From: an uncultured Akkermansia sp.
GTDB lineage: Bacteria; Verrucomicrobiota; Verrucomicrobiia; Verrucomicrobiales; Akkermansiaceae
Length of the DNA: 64,000 bases
Assembly (NCBI GenBank): GCA_947631275.1
Contig: CANRKR010000002.1
Span: forward strand, 296 to 64,295
Reading direction: 5' to 3'
The first letter of the stretch is position 1, and the number at the start of each line of letters is the position of its first letter. The translations under genes and the position numbers were made by a program. Of this stretch, positions 46,059 to 55,426 are shown piece after piece. A model generated the notes under the pieces. That model was not told the DNA's origin. It saw only the letters and a program-made list of their open reading frames with translations, and made no database searches.

Positions 46059-47153
46059 ATGTCAGATCTCTTCACAGCGATGCGGCGTAGGCGTCATCCG
46101 GAAAACGAAACGGCGGAGATGCCTCTTATCGGGCATCTGGAGGAATTGAGACACACTCTTATCCGCATGGCGCTTTGCGCACTGGCAGGTATGCTGCTTT
46201 GCTTCGGCTTTGCTCCTTCTCTCATGCAGCTGATCAGGCGTCCGGTGGACACGGTGCTCGCGCAGCGTACCGCCTCATTTCTCCCGGATGGCGTGAGCCC
46301 GGAGGAATGGCGAAGTGCAGGTTTTTTGCTTGGTGGGAAAACTGCGTTACCTCCCGGGACTCAGGCTGAACTGGAACTGGCGGTGGGTCCCCGTGTGGCG
46401 GAGTTGACCCAGGCGCGCTCGCTGTTGATCGCTCTTCAGGCGCTGCCGGAGGCAGCACGCGATGAGGCGATATCTCGCAGTGGATGCTCCGATACCGTGC
46501 AGTCTCTCACTCGCGCCCTGGCTGCTTCCGGGGCAGGGAAGCAGGCGGCAGTCCTGGGTGTTGAGCGGACGCGTCTCATGGGGGCTTTCCAGCCCGGGGA
46601 GGCATTCATGCTTTCCGTGCAGTTGGCATTTTTTGGCGGAGTTGTCTTGGTGAGCCCCCTGCTGCTGTACTTCCTGCTTCAGTTTATCATGCCGGGGCTT
46701 TTGCAGCACGAGCGGCGTCTTCTGCGCCGCTGTCTCGTCTGGGGTGTCGGACTCTTCCTGCTGGGCTGTTCTTTTGCGTATTTTGCTGTGTTGCCGAGAG
46801 TGCTCGGCTTTTTCTATGATTATTCGGCTCAATTGGGCATCTCGAATGACTGGCGCATCAGTTATTACCTGTCGTTTTCGGTGAAGCTGATTCTGGTGTT
46901 TGGGCTTATTTTTGAATTGCCGGTTGTACTCTGGCCGCTCATGAAATTGGGGATTCTGACGCGCTCCCGCATGCGCCGCCTCCGCTCTTACATGCTGGTG
47001 GGGAGTTTTGGCACAGCGCTTCTCCTGGCTCCGGCACCGGATCCCGGCACGATGCTGCTCATGGCTCTGCCGCTTTATTTGCTCTACGAACTCTGCATCC
47101 TGCTTGCGCCGCAGGAACGGGCAGCTGATCAAACCAGCTCCGTTGCCGAGTAG
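46059..47153 (+). CDS. tatC: twin-arginine translocase subunit TatC (with an enlarged first periplasmic loop)
   Basis: ATG 46059 lies in frame in track ORF 45732-47153. Family landmarks are MPLIGHLEELRHTLIR, FIMPGL and FELPVVLWPLMKLGIL. It starts 1 nt after the ABC ATPase stop codon. Confidence 0.88.
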   Translation: MSDLFTAMRRRRHPENETAEMPLIGHLEELRHTLIRMALCALAGMLLCFGFAPSLMQLIRRPVDTVLAQRTASFLPDGVSPEEWRSAGFLLGGKTALPPGTQAELELAVGPRVAELTQARSLLIALQALPEAARDEAISRSGCSDTVQSLTRALAASGAGKQAAVLGVERTRLMGAFQPGEAFMLSVQLAFFGGVVLVSPLLLYFLLQFIMPGLLQHERRLLRRCLVWGVGLFLLGCSFAYFAVLPRVLGFFYDYSAQLGISNDWRISYYLSFSVKLILVFGLIFELPVVLWPLMKLGILTRSRMRRLRSYMLVGSFGTALLLAPAPDPGTMLLMALPLYLLYELCILLAPQERAADQTSSVAE

Positions 47154-50100
47154 AGCTGCACGCTTGCATCTCCTCCGCTGCGCGGTACTGAGATTAGGGC
47201 TACACGCACGGCTGCTTCCTCCAGATGCAGCCATTCTGCGAGGTAGCGACGGTAAGCGCGCATCTGCGGGGCATGGCGTGCGCGCAGGGCGGCGTACTCT
47301 GCCTCGTCGCCGTTGGAAACGCGGTCGGTTTTGTAGTCGATGATAAGGGCTTCCTGAGGCTTCCCGGTGGCATCGGTGCGCACCTGCACGCGGTCGAACG
47401 TGCCGGAGACCAGCTCCGCCTTGCCTTGCACAGCGAAAGCAAAGGGTTGCTCGCGGTAGAGCTGCCAGCGTTCTCCGGCGGGGCAGCTGAGGATGGCGCG
47501 TACATCATCCCGCTGCAAGGCGCGGGCCACGACCTGCTGCTCATCCCCCTGCGGAGAATGAACCCACGTGGGGAAATCCTGCGGGGAGGAGAGCCAGCCG
47601 ATTTGCTCCCACAGGGCATGGACGGCTGTGCCGAAGGCGGCGGCCTCTCTTCCGCTCTTCATCAGTTGCGCCGTGGAGGGGGCTTCGCCGTCGGATGTCT
47701 GGGCGTTTGAGGCGACTCGTCCCTGCGGTTCCAGCTGCGACGGGCGTACAACGCGGCGGGAGGCCGATGGCATGCCGAGCTGCTTTTTCTCTTGTTCCTT
47801 GTCCTCCTTTTTCCCTTTCTCCCCGCTTTCTTTGTTGTTGGGAAGGTGAAGATACCACTCGAAGTCTCCTTCCTTGAGCAATTTCTGCATTTCCTCACCC
47901 GCTCCTTTCTCGGCATTCCTGATAATTCCGGAGAGCGAATTGTTGCGCGCCTTTTCATTCAGCAGGATGTAGAGAGCATAGCGCGCGCGGGTGATAGCTA
48001 CGTAGAGAAGGCGTTGCTCTTCGCTCAACTGTTTGCGTTTCCATTCATTTACCGAAGGCTCAAGCTGCGCTTCCCATGCGCTGCGGTCAGACCGGTTCAG
48101 AGTGAGTAGGAAACCCTCATTTTTGGAGTTTGTGTAATAGTTCATCTTGCTCGTGTCGTCCACGCTTTTTATCCCGGTAAGCGGCAGGATCACCGCATCA
48201 AACTCCATGCCCTTGCTCTTGTGCATGGTGAGGATATGAATGAAACCCGGTGCGCCGGGGGCGCAGTGTGCGAGTTCGCTGATGAACGTAATCCAGTCTC
48301 GAATAGAGCCGCCTTTTTTATCGAACTCCATGGCGGCGTTTTCCCACTCCAGCACCGTGCGAAAATCTTCAGGCGTCTCTTCGCGGGGCAGATACGTGAG
48401 CAGTTCCCGCAGTGTTTTTGCATAGCCCGTAGCGTTTATCATCTGCAGCCAGTGCAGGCGTGCTCCCGTGGCGTCATTTGTTTTTCCAACGCGGAGGACG
48501 CCCTTGAGAACCGAGAAATTCAGCAAGGCGGCCCAGTGCGCAATGCCGGGGTGCAGCAGCCATTGGAAGAAAGTCAGCAAAAGTTGTCCGAGCGGCGAGA
48601 AAACGGCGGATTTGATGTCCTTGATCACCTGGATCATCAGATTTGGTTGTTCCCGGAACAGAATATCGGCAATCTCTTCACTTTCGTCATTGTTGCGGGT
48701 GATGATGGCGATACTTCGTCCCGGCAGCGGATGTCCGTTTACAGTGAGCTTTTGCAGAATCGGCAGGATGGAGTCGCGCACGTAGTTTTCTTTCGACACC
48801 TCGGAGAATTCCACGTAGCCGGGCAATCCCTGTTTGGAGACATCGCTGCTGTGGTCAGTGTATCGTTCTTTTTCTTCTTCGTCCATCTCCATCGCGTTGA
48901 AAAGCAGATTCACAAAGCGCATGATGAGAGGAGAGGAACGACGGCTATTCGTGAGGGTTCGTGGCAGCATCACTTCCTTCCACGGACTTTTTTCTGCAAG
49001 ATCGCTGAAAAGTTGGGGGGAGGCCCCTCGGAAGCCGTAGATGCTTTGCTTCAAATCCCCCACAACAAAGAGACTTCTCTCCGCCACGCGAAGAGAACGT
49101 TTTGTCGTACCACGAGGATCCTCCGCCACAGCGCTCTCGCACTGCGCTACCTCGGTGAGCGGCCCCAGCAGCGTTTCCCATTGCTTGGGTGACGTATCTT
49201 GGAATTCATCCAGCATCCAGTGGTCCAGTTGTCCATCCAGCAGATACGCCAGACGCGTTGGCGCATGAGGTCCGCCGAGCAGAATGGACGCCAGACGGGT
49301 GATATCTGCAAAACTGTAGCGTCCTGATTCGCAGATGGTTTGTTGGTATATTTCTGTGTAGGAGCTCAGAAAAGAGACGAGGTCGCGCGTTTTCACCTGA
49401 ATGTCGCGCAGGATTTCCGTTTTCTTTCTGTCAGTGAGTTCCCGCAAGACTTCTCGCAATTTGACGGCTTCCGGGGTGTCGTTCCAATTCTCGTCTTCGT
49501 ACGCGAGGGTTGAGAATTTGTCCTCCAGCAGGGCCTTAATAGCAGTACTTGCTTTTTTCCTTCCACGGCAGACTTTGAGGCTGTCGCCGCCCATCTCCTC
49601 GAATTCCTTTGCCAGGTTCAACAGATCGCGTCGGTAGATCGCCTGATCCAACTCCTTCTTTTCCGTGTAATCCGGAAGAGAGAAGGCCTGGGCGTAGTTG
49701 TTTGCCGCTGTCCCGGCGTCCTGCAAGAGCTCGTTGTAGTTTCTCACCAAAGCGCTGAGGGCGCTAAGTATTCTGCTGCCGTTGCATCGGAGGTTGTGCA
49801 GAATATCCCTCATTTTCTCTGCGCCGAGATGCGAGACAGTCGCAAAGAGAGCATCTTTTTCCGCCTGTTGCAGATCGGCGTCCTCCATCGGGCTGATTTC
49901 CGAAACACCGAGAGCGAGACACTGCGTGCCTAGAAGCATATTGAAAAAACTGTCCAACGTCGAAAGATGCAAGCGTGACCCGGCAGTGACGAGCTCACGC
50001 AATCGACGGCAGTAGCAGTCCCGATCGAGCCTCAGCTCTGCCGGAAGATTCGGGAGATTTTCGGGGAAGCAGCCCTGTTTTTCCGCCTGTATGGCAAAGG

Positions 50101-50398
50101 GAATGGCAGAGGGATAGAGGGGGGCTTCCTGATGCGTCCATGTCTCCCAGATGCGCGCTGTAACCGGGTTGCGCTCTCCGGCAGCGTGCGTTTTCATCTC
50201 ATAGGAGGTCCCTTCGGCAAGCGCCTGGAAGATACGTCGCCGGAATTCGCCCGCTGCCTTTCGAGTGAAGGTAACGGCGATGAGCGAGGAAACAGGTGCG
50301 CCGAGAAACAGCAATGCGAGGAAACGCGATGTCAGCTGGTAGGTTTTCCCTGTACCGGCGGAGGCGGAAATGTAGCTGCCTGTGACAAGAGGTTTCAT
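47129..50398 (-). CDS. addA: AddA-type helicase-nuclease (UvrD-like helicase plus C-terminal PD-(D/E)XK nuclease)
   Basis: ATG 50398 gives MKPLVTGSYISASAGTGKTYQ (Walker A). Nuclease motif IIDYKTDRV lies near the C-terminus. There is an ATGA overlap with the upstream gene's stop codon. The track ORF extends to 50719. Confidence 0.87.
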   Translation of the reverse strand: MKPLVTGSYISASAGTGKTYQLTSRFLALLFLGAPVSSLIAVTFTRKAAGEFRRRIFQALAEGTSYEMKTHAAGERNPVTARIWETWTHQEAPLYPSAIPFAIQAEKQGCFPENLPNLPAELRLDRDCYCRRLRELVTAGSRLHLSTLDSFFNMLLGTQCLALGVSEISPMEDADLQQAEKDALFATVSHLGAEKMRDILHNLRCNGSRILSALSALVRNYNELLQDAGTAANNYAQAFSLPDYTEKKELDQAIYRRDLLNLAKEFEEMGGDSLKVCRGRKKASTAIKALLEDKFSTLAYEDENWNDTPEAVKLREVLRELTDRKKTEILRDIQVKTRDLVSFLSSYTEIYQQTICESGRYSFADITRLASILLGGPHAPTRLAYLLDGQLDHWMLDEFQDTSPKQWETLLGPLTEVAQCESAVAEDPRGTTKRSLRVAERSLFVVGDLKQSIYGFRGASPQLFSDLAEKSPWKEVMLPRTLTNSRRSSPLIMRFVNLLFNAMEMDEEEKERYTDHSSDVSKQGLPGYVEFSEVSKENYVRDSILPILQKLTVNGHPLPGRSIAIITRNNDESEEIADILFREQPNLMIQVIKDIKSAVFSPLGQLLLTFFQWLLHPGIAHWAALLNFSVLKGVLRVGKTNDATGARLHWLQMINATGYAKTLRELLTYLPREETPEDFRTVLEWENAAMEFDKKGGSIRDWITFISELAHCAPGAPGFIHILTMHKSKGMEFDAVILPLTGIKSVDDTSKMNYYTNSKNEGFLLTLNRSDRSAWEAQLEPSVNEWKRKQLSEEQRLLYVAITRARYALYILLNEKARNNSLSGIIRNAEKGAGEEMQKLLKEGDFEWYLHLPNNKESGEKGKKEDKEQEKKQLGMPSASRRVVRPSQLEPQGRVASNAQTSDGEAPSTAQLMKSGREAAAFGTAVHALWEQIGWLSSPQDFPTWVHSPQGDEQQVVARALQRDDVRAILSCPAGERWQLYREQPFAFAVQGKAELVSGTFDRVQVRTDATGKPQEALIIDYKTDRVSNGDEAEYAALRARHAPQMRAYRRYLAEWLHLEEAAVRVALISVPRSGGDASVQLYSATELV

Positions 50399-53346
50399 GA
50401 CGGGAAGGGGATGGCTGGTAATCCGCAGATTGTGCGCAGGTTTTTGTCGATGGACGGAGTTCCGAACGATGCGTATTCGGGGGAGGACTCTCCCAGATCT
50501 TCCATCGAGATGAGGCATTTGCCCTGCCGCAGCAGGAGGATGACACGCCTTGCGCATTCCAATCCGCTGAGGATGGTATCTTCTGTGCCGCTTTTGAAGC
50601 TGTTGCAGGCGACAGACTTGCCGCGCGGGAGATTGTAATACGCCAGTTCTGAAGCAAGGTCGGTTCCCTTTTCCTCCTTCAGGGCGTAGGCGTAGAGCGG
50701 CAGCTGCACTTCCACCCACCGCTTGTCATCTACCGTAGGTATTCCGGGCAAAAGAGCGGCGTAGCGCTCAGTGTTTCCTATCTTTGCGAGGTGCTTGTCA
50801 TCGGGGGAAGTACTGTTGGTCTTGTAGTCAATGATGCGCCATTTTTTTGTGGAGGGCTGAAAATCCACGCGGTCGATTTTCATGCGCAGTTGGGCCCGAC
50901 TGCCATCCGGCAGATCAAGGGTCGGGCAGACCTCCCACTCGACCTCTTTGACGCACCATCCGTCCTCCAGGTCACGGGCATGCAGGAGGGCGAATTGCCG
51001 CAGGCTTTCGCGCATGGTTTCGTACTGGTTTTGCAGGAAGACCGGCAAGGTTCCGCTCTCATCCGTGTAGTACTCACGGAATCCCTCCTGCAGCAGGAGT
51101 AGTGCGTGGCGGGACAGATCCTGCTCCAGCTGTGGGAGAGTGCAGCCGATTGGGCGGATGGGGAATTGTTCGGTAAGTTGACGCAGGATGCTGTGCAGGA
51201 TATTGCCGTACACGTCGGTTCCGATTTCGCGGTCACTTTCCGTGAAGGCTTCACCGGGGTTGAGTCTGTAGAGAGTTTTGAGCCAGAAACGCAGAGGACA
51301 CGCGAGGAAGTCCCGGATAAGGGAAGGGGAGAAGCTGCGAGGCCTGGCGGCATCGGCTGCAAAGGGGTTCACCACGCCGGGTGCGAGCAGCTCAATGCTT
51401 TCCGGTTCCTTCGGAATGCAGGGTTCGGCGTTCGATGCCGGACGGAAGGAGAAATTCTCGTACGCTTTTTCCGGCTCGGTCGCTCCGCCGTCGCTGAACA
51501 GACGCTCCACACGTTCTGCCAACTCGGCATTATCTCTGCAGCGGAGCAACAGCGGCGAGGGTGCGATGGGGGTGTCATCCGTCCCTTGTCGTGCAAGCAG
51601 GATACGCACATTTTTCGCGATATCACGCCGGCTGTTCAGCAGGGTCGTGAGCAGGAACGCATCACGCGCTTCTCTGCTTCCCCGCGTCGGGAGCTTCAGG
51701 TACTCCTTGAGCTTATCGGTGAGGAAATTTACATTGCCTCCCACTTCCGGCACACATCCCTCGTGCAGTCCGAGTAGCAGGAGTTTTTTCCCGCGCGTGC
51801 AAGGCAGGTCAATCCAATCGAAGACTTTGACCACAGGGTCTTCATCCATCGCAGGTTCGACCGGTGCGCAGGTTGCGTTTTCCGCGCTGTGTTGCAACAG
51901 GAGTAGAGCGAGTTCCGGTTCTGTCCGATGTTTCAGGCAGGCACGTGCTACGTCGCGCATGGGCTCCGTGAGCATGGTGATGTCGGGAGAATCCGGGTAT
52001 GCGCGGTCAATGATATCGGCCAGGGTGAGTAAGGCGTGCTGCAGTGTCTCGGATCTGAGGAATTGATTTGCCAGAGAGAGGATGCGCTCGGTCGTCTCCT
52101 TGCAATCCGCGTTCTCCTTATCCAGCAGATCCATGAGCTGCTGAACGGCGCCCGGCAGGTTTTTGGAGATGATCCTATCCAGAGCCTCGTCCATGGAAGC
52201 TTCGGCGGGGGTGTTACGCTGGAGCGTTGCACTGCGAAGCAACTCGATGAATGCGCTGACATATTCCGAATCGGCGTTGTTGAGTTCAGCGTCTTTTCCG
52301 GCGCTGAGTCGGAGATCTTTTGCCGTGCTGATGTAGTGCAGCAGACGGGCAGGAAGCAGGGCCGCATCGATCGTGGTGAGTTTTCGTCCTGCGCTCAACT
52401 GTAGGTCCCAGGCCACGGGTTTAGCATGCGCAAAAGCCGTACAAAGCGCCGATGAAAATGAAGGATCGCAGAGACCGAGCGTCACCTCGTCGGAATTCGC
52501 TCCTCCCGCTTCCCGCACCGCAGCCTCGGCAAAGGATTGTGCATCATCCGCAGGCGCGGGGATGGATTCTTCCGGGATGTCGATAGGACGACGCAGCCAA
52601 TGGTCAGTGCGAGGGATGCCCCAGTTGTCGAAATTCTCCCGTTCCTCCTCCGGTGCATTCACCCATGCCTCCACGTGCCCGGGACGTTCTGCCAACACGT
52701 CTTCCAGCACTCTGCGCAGACGGAAGGACAGCTCCGGCAGGGCCGCGAGAATGATCTTGCTCTCACTTGCCGGCCGCGGCGGCGCCTGCTGAATTCCCTC
52801 GGGAGGAATGATCTTGTCCACTTCGGCGCAAAGGGAGCAGAATTCATCCCATCGCTCGCCCTCGTCCTCCCCGAGGATGGACCAGTTGTCGATCTCATCA
52901 TCGGTGATTTTCGGCAGAGCGTCGCGCACGGCTTCCGGTGTGGTGGCTTCCTGCTCCAGCAGGGAGCGAAGACGCAGCAGTTGCCTCGCCGTGCCGAGAG
53001 CACGGAGCGTGCTCATCTTTCCATATCGTTTGCCGAGGAGGTTCGGACATGCCTCCTCCGGCAGTTTTTTCAGGATATCGACCCAGGCGATGAGTTGATC
53101 GTATTCAGACGCCGTTTGCTCCGGCAGAAGTCTTCCGGGTTGCACGATGCGCGGCAGAAGGATTGGGCGACTTGCCAACTCGGCCAGACGCTCGCGGAGA
53201 TGCCGTGCGGCAGGGGCTGTGAGGGTGACGACTGTGGCGCGACGAAAGGCGTCAGCGTCTTGTTGCTCGAGGGAGAGCAAATTCTGTGCTAAAAGATCGA
53301 TGGTGGGGGCATCCCAGCCGAGGAACGTGAGTGTGGGAGACGGCAT
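50395..53346 (-). CDS. addB: AddB-like PD-(D/E)XK nuclease subunit (no Walker A seen)
   Basis: 983 aa. Nuclease motif KIDRVDF...WRIIDYKTNS lies in the C-terminal region. I see no GxGKT motif in the N-terminal region. It sits immediately upstream of addA and overlaps it by 4 nt. Confidence 0.7.
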   Translation of the reverse strand: MPSPTLTFLGWDAPTIDLLAQNLLSLEQQDADAFRRATVVTLTAPAARHLRERLAELASRPILLPRIVQPGRLLPEQTASEYDQLIAWVDILKKLPEEACPNLLGKRYGKMSTLRALGTARQLLRLRSLLEQEATTPEAVRDALPKITDDEIDNWSILGEDEGERWDEFCSLCAEVDKIIPPEGIQQAPPRPASESKIILAALPELSFRLRRVLEDVLAERPGHVEAWVNAPEEERENFDNWGIPRTDHWLRRPIDIPEESIPAPADDAQSFAEAAVREAGGANSDEVTLGLCDPSFSSALCTAFAHAKPVAWDLQLSAGRKLTTIDAALLPARLLHYISTAKDLRLSAGKDAELNNADSEYVSAFIELLRSATLQRNTPAEASMDEALDRIISKNLPGAVQQLMDLLDKENADCKETTERILSLANQFLRSETLQHALLTLADIIDRAYPDSPDITMLTEPMRDVARACLKHRTEPELALLLLQHSAENATCAPVEPAMDEDPVVKVFDWIDLPCTRGKKLLLLGLHEGCVPEVGGNVNFLTDKLKEYLKLPTRGSREARDAFLLTTLLNSRRDIAKNVRILLARQGTDDTPIAPSPLLLRCRDNAELAERVERLFSDGGATEPEKAYENFSFRPASNAEPCIPKEPESIELLAPGVVNPFAADAARPRSFSPSLIRDFLACPLRFWLKTLYRLNPGEAFTESDREIGTDVYGNILHSILRQLTEQFPIRPIGCTLPQLEQDLSRHALLLLQEGFREYYTDESGTLPVFLQNQYETMRESLRQFALLHARDLEDGWCVKEVEWEVCPTLDLPDGSRAQLRMKIDRVDFQPSTKKWRIIDYKTNSTSPDDKHLAKIGNTERYAALLPGIPTVDDKRWVEVQLPLYAYALKEEKGTDLASELAYYNLPRGKSVACNSFKSGTEDTILSGLECARRVILLLRQGKCLISMEDLGESSPEYASFGTPSIDKNLRTICGLPAIPFPS

Positions 53347-53365
53347 GAGGTAAGCGAGTGGACGG

Positions 53366-54652
53366 TTAATCTATGCGGGGCGCACGAAGCAGGGCGGCAT
53401 ACGCTCCGTCGGTGTGGTCACGATGCGGCAGGACGAGACGCTCATTGACAAGCTGCCAGCCGGGATGACGTTCAAGTAACAGCTGCACGAGTTCATGGTT
53501 CTCCTCCGGCTCGATGGAACAGGTGGAGTAGACCAGACGCCCGCCGGGTTTTACAGCACGCATGGAGTTTTGCGCGATAGTGAGCTGCAGATCGCGTGTC
53601 TTCTTCAGTTCATCGGGCGTGATCCGCCAGCGCACATCCACGCGTCGACGCAGCACACCGCTGTTGCTGCAGGGCACATCCGCCAGCACGGCGTCGAACG
53701 ATGAGACAAATTCAGCGGGACATCCCAGAGCCCAATCGCACTGCTGCACACGGACGTCAGGGCGCTCCAGAGTCGACGTCGCACGTTCCAAGTTTTGCTT
53801 CAGCATAGGCAATCTGTGATCATCGGAATCCGTTGCGACGAGTTGGCAGTCTCCGCGTGTGGCAGAGAGGATGCCGACGGATTTGCCGCCGGGCGCTGCG
53901 CAGGCATCCAGGATTTTTTCTCCACGGGATGGGTTGAGAAGTTCGACGCTGTGCCGCGTTGAGGGATCGGCAATGTAGACTTGTCCGGCTGTCAACAATT
54001 CACGCGGCAGGGCGCCCTCAGGCAGCAGATACCAGCCAGGTGCGTCCGCCAGGGGGGTCCAACTCTCCGGCATGGGTGCAGGCGGATTGATTGCATTAAG
54101 CCGCAGGAAAACTTGTGAAGGCTGCTGCATGAGAGCGAGGAGAGCAGCGCCTTCCTGTTCGCCAAAACGTGCAAGCCAACGCTCGGCGAGCCAATCCGGC
54201 ATGGAGTAGCGTACGGCCGGCGGAAGTTCGGGCAGCGCAGCCTCCCATTGTTCGCGGCGACGTAGGGACTCTCGCAGCACGCCGTTGATGACCGCGCGCA
54301 GGCGTGTCGTGGCGAGCTTCACTGTTTCGTTTACCACGGCGTATGCCGGATAATGCAGGATGAAGAGTTGGCAAAGAGCGCTGAGCAGCAGCCAGCGCAC
54401 ATCTTTTTCCGTGTGCCGCTCGTCGCGTAGCTCGTTGAGCCAATAGTCCAGAAGTCGCAGGTTTCTCAGCGTGCCCAGCACGATTGATTGAAGGAGAGCG
54501 CGATCCGGCACCGTCAAATTCTCCCCGGCACGGTGGATGAGAGTGTCGGCAAACTCCCCGGTTTTTTCTCCCCAATGACACAATGCGCGCCAGGCGAGTT
54601 CACGCGGATTCGCCGGTCGTTGTCTGCAGGGACGGGAAGATGCCTTTTTCAT
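53366..54652 (-). CDS. rsmB: 16S rRNA (cytosine967-C5)-methyltransferase RsmB/Sun
   Basis: 428 aa with a NusB-like N-domain. MTase motifs are DACAAPGGKS, DVPCSNSGVLRR and YSTCS. Confidence 0.9.
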   Translation of the reverse strand: MKKASSRPCRQRPANPRELAWRALCHWGEKTGEFADTLIHRAGENLTVPDRALLQSIVLGTLRNLRLLDYWLNELRDERHTEKDVRWLLLSALCQLFILHYPAYAVVNETVKLATTRLRAVINGVLRESLRRREQWEAALPELPPAVRYSMPDWLAERWLARFGEQEGAALLALMQQPSQVFLRLNAINPPAPMPESWTPLADAPGWYLLPEGALPRELLTAGQVYIADPSTRHSVELLNPSRGEKILDACAAPGGKSVGILSATRGDCQLVATDSDDHRLPMLKQNLERATSTLERPDVRVQQCDWALGCPAEFVSSFDAVLADVPCSNSGVLRRRVDVRWRITPDELKKTRDLQLTIAQNSMRAVKPGGRLVYSTCSIEPEENHELVQLLLERHPGWQLVNERLVLPHRDHTDGAYAALLRAPRID

Positions 54653-54661
54653 GCGCCGCGA

Positions 54662-55426
54662 TCAGGAAGATGGTTCCAGAGCCTCGTGGATGGGCAGCAA
54701 ACCATTGTATGCAAGGACGGCACCCGTCAGCGCATCGCTGGTGTGCGGAGTAAACTCCAGCCTGCCGCCGGCAGACTCCAGGATGACCTGCGCCGCCGCG
54801 AAGTCCCACAGGTGGATGCTCTGCTCGACGTAGGCATCCAGCTTACCGGCGGCAATGTAGCAGAGCGAAAGCGCTGCGCTGCCGAGAATGCGCACTTTGC
54901 AAACTTGCGAAGAAATGTGCGCGAAACGGCGTATCCCTGCCTCGCCGGATCGGTCGTGCGTACCGTGTCCGATAAAGACGATGGCCTGAGCCATCTGTCG
55001 TCGGGGCGACACGTGAATTGGCTGCTCATTGAGCATCGCCTGTTTCCCGCGCAAGGCGGTGTAAAGTTCTCCGGTCATGGGAGCATACACACAGCCGAGC
55101 TGCAGCACGCCGTGCACCCGAAGAGCGATGCTCACGCAGAAGAGCGGCAACCCGTAGTAGTAGTTTACCGTGCCGTCCAACGGGTCAATGATCCATTCGA
55201 TTTCCCCGCCTTTGCCGCCTTCCTCTCCCAGGAAGCAATAATCAGGGAAATCCGTCGCCAGGGCGTCGCAGATGATTTGTTGGCACTGCTTGTCGATTTT
55301 CAGTTTGATGTCGTGTGCGCTGCGGGCATCTACGATGAGTTCTTTTCCAAAATGCTTCCGCAGCATGTCACCGGCCAAATGAGCGGCTCGCTTTGCGCTC
55401 TCCATCTCGTGGTTGTAGTCAATCAT
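54662..55426 (-). CDS. inositol monophosphatase family protein (SuhB-like)
   Basis: It carries the WIIDPLDGTVNY motif. ATG 55426 (MIDYNHEMESAK) is preferred over the track start at 55465. It overlaps the PBP gene end by 8 nt. Confidence 0.87.
   Translation of the reverse strand: MIDYNHEMESAKRAAHLAGDMLRKHFGKELIVDARSAHDIKLKIDKQCQQIICDALATDFPDYCFLGEEGGKGGEIEWIIDPLDGTVNYYYGLPLFCVSIALRVHGVLQLGCVYAPMTGELYTALRGKQAMLNEQPIHVSPRRQMAQAIVFIGHGTHDRSGEAGIRRFAHISSQVCKVRILGSAALSLCYIAAGKLDAYVEQSIHLWDFAAAQVILESAGGRLEFTPHTSDALTGAVLAYNGLLPIHEALEPSS

Noticed and set aside
50399-50719. N-terminal extension of the addA ORF (track start 50719)
   Set aside because: The extension lies inside the addB coding region in another frame. 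ATG 50398 places the Walker A at the usual position and gives an ATGA junction with addB.
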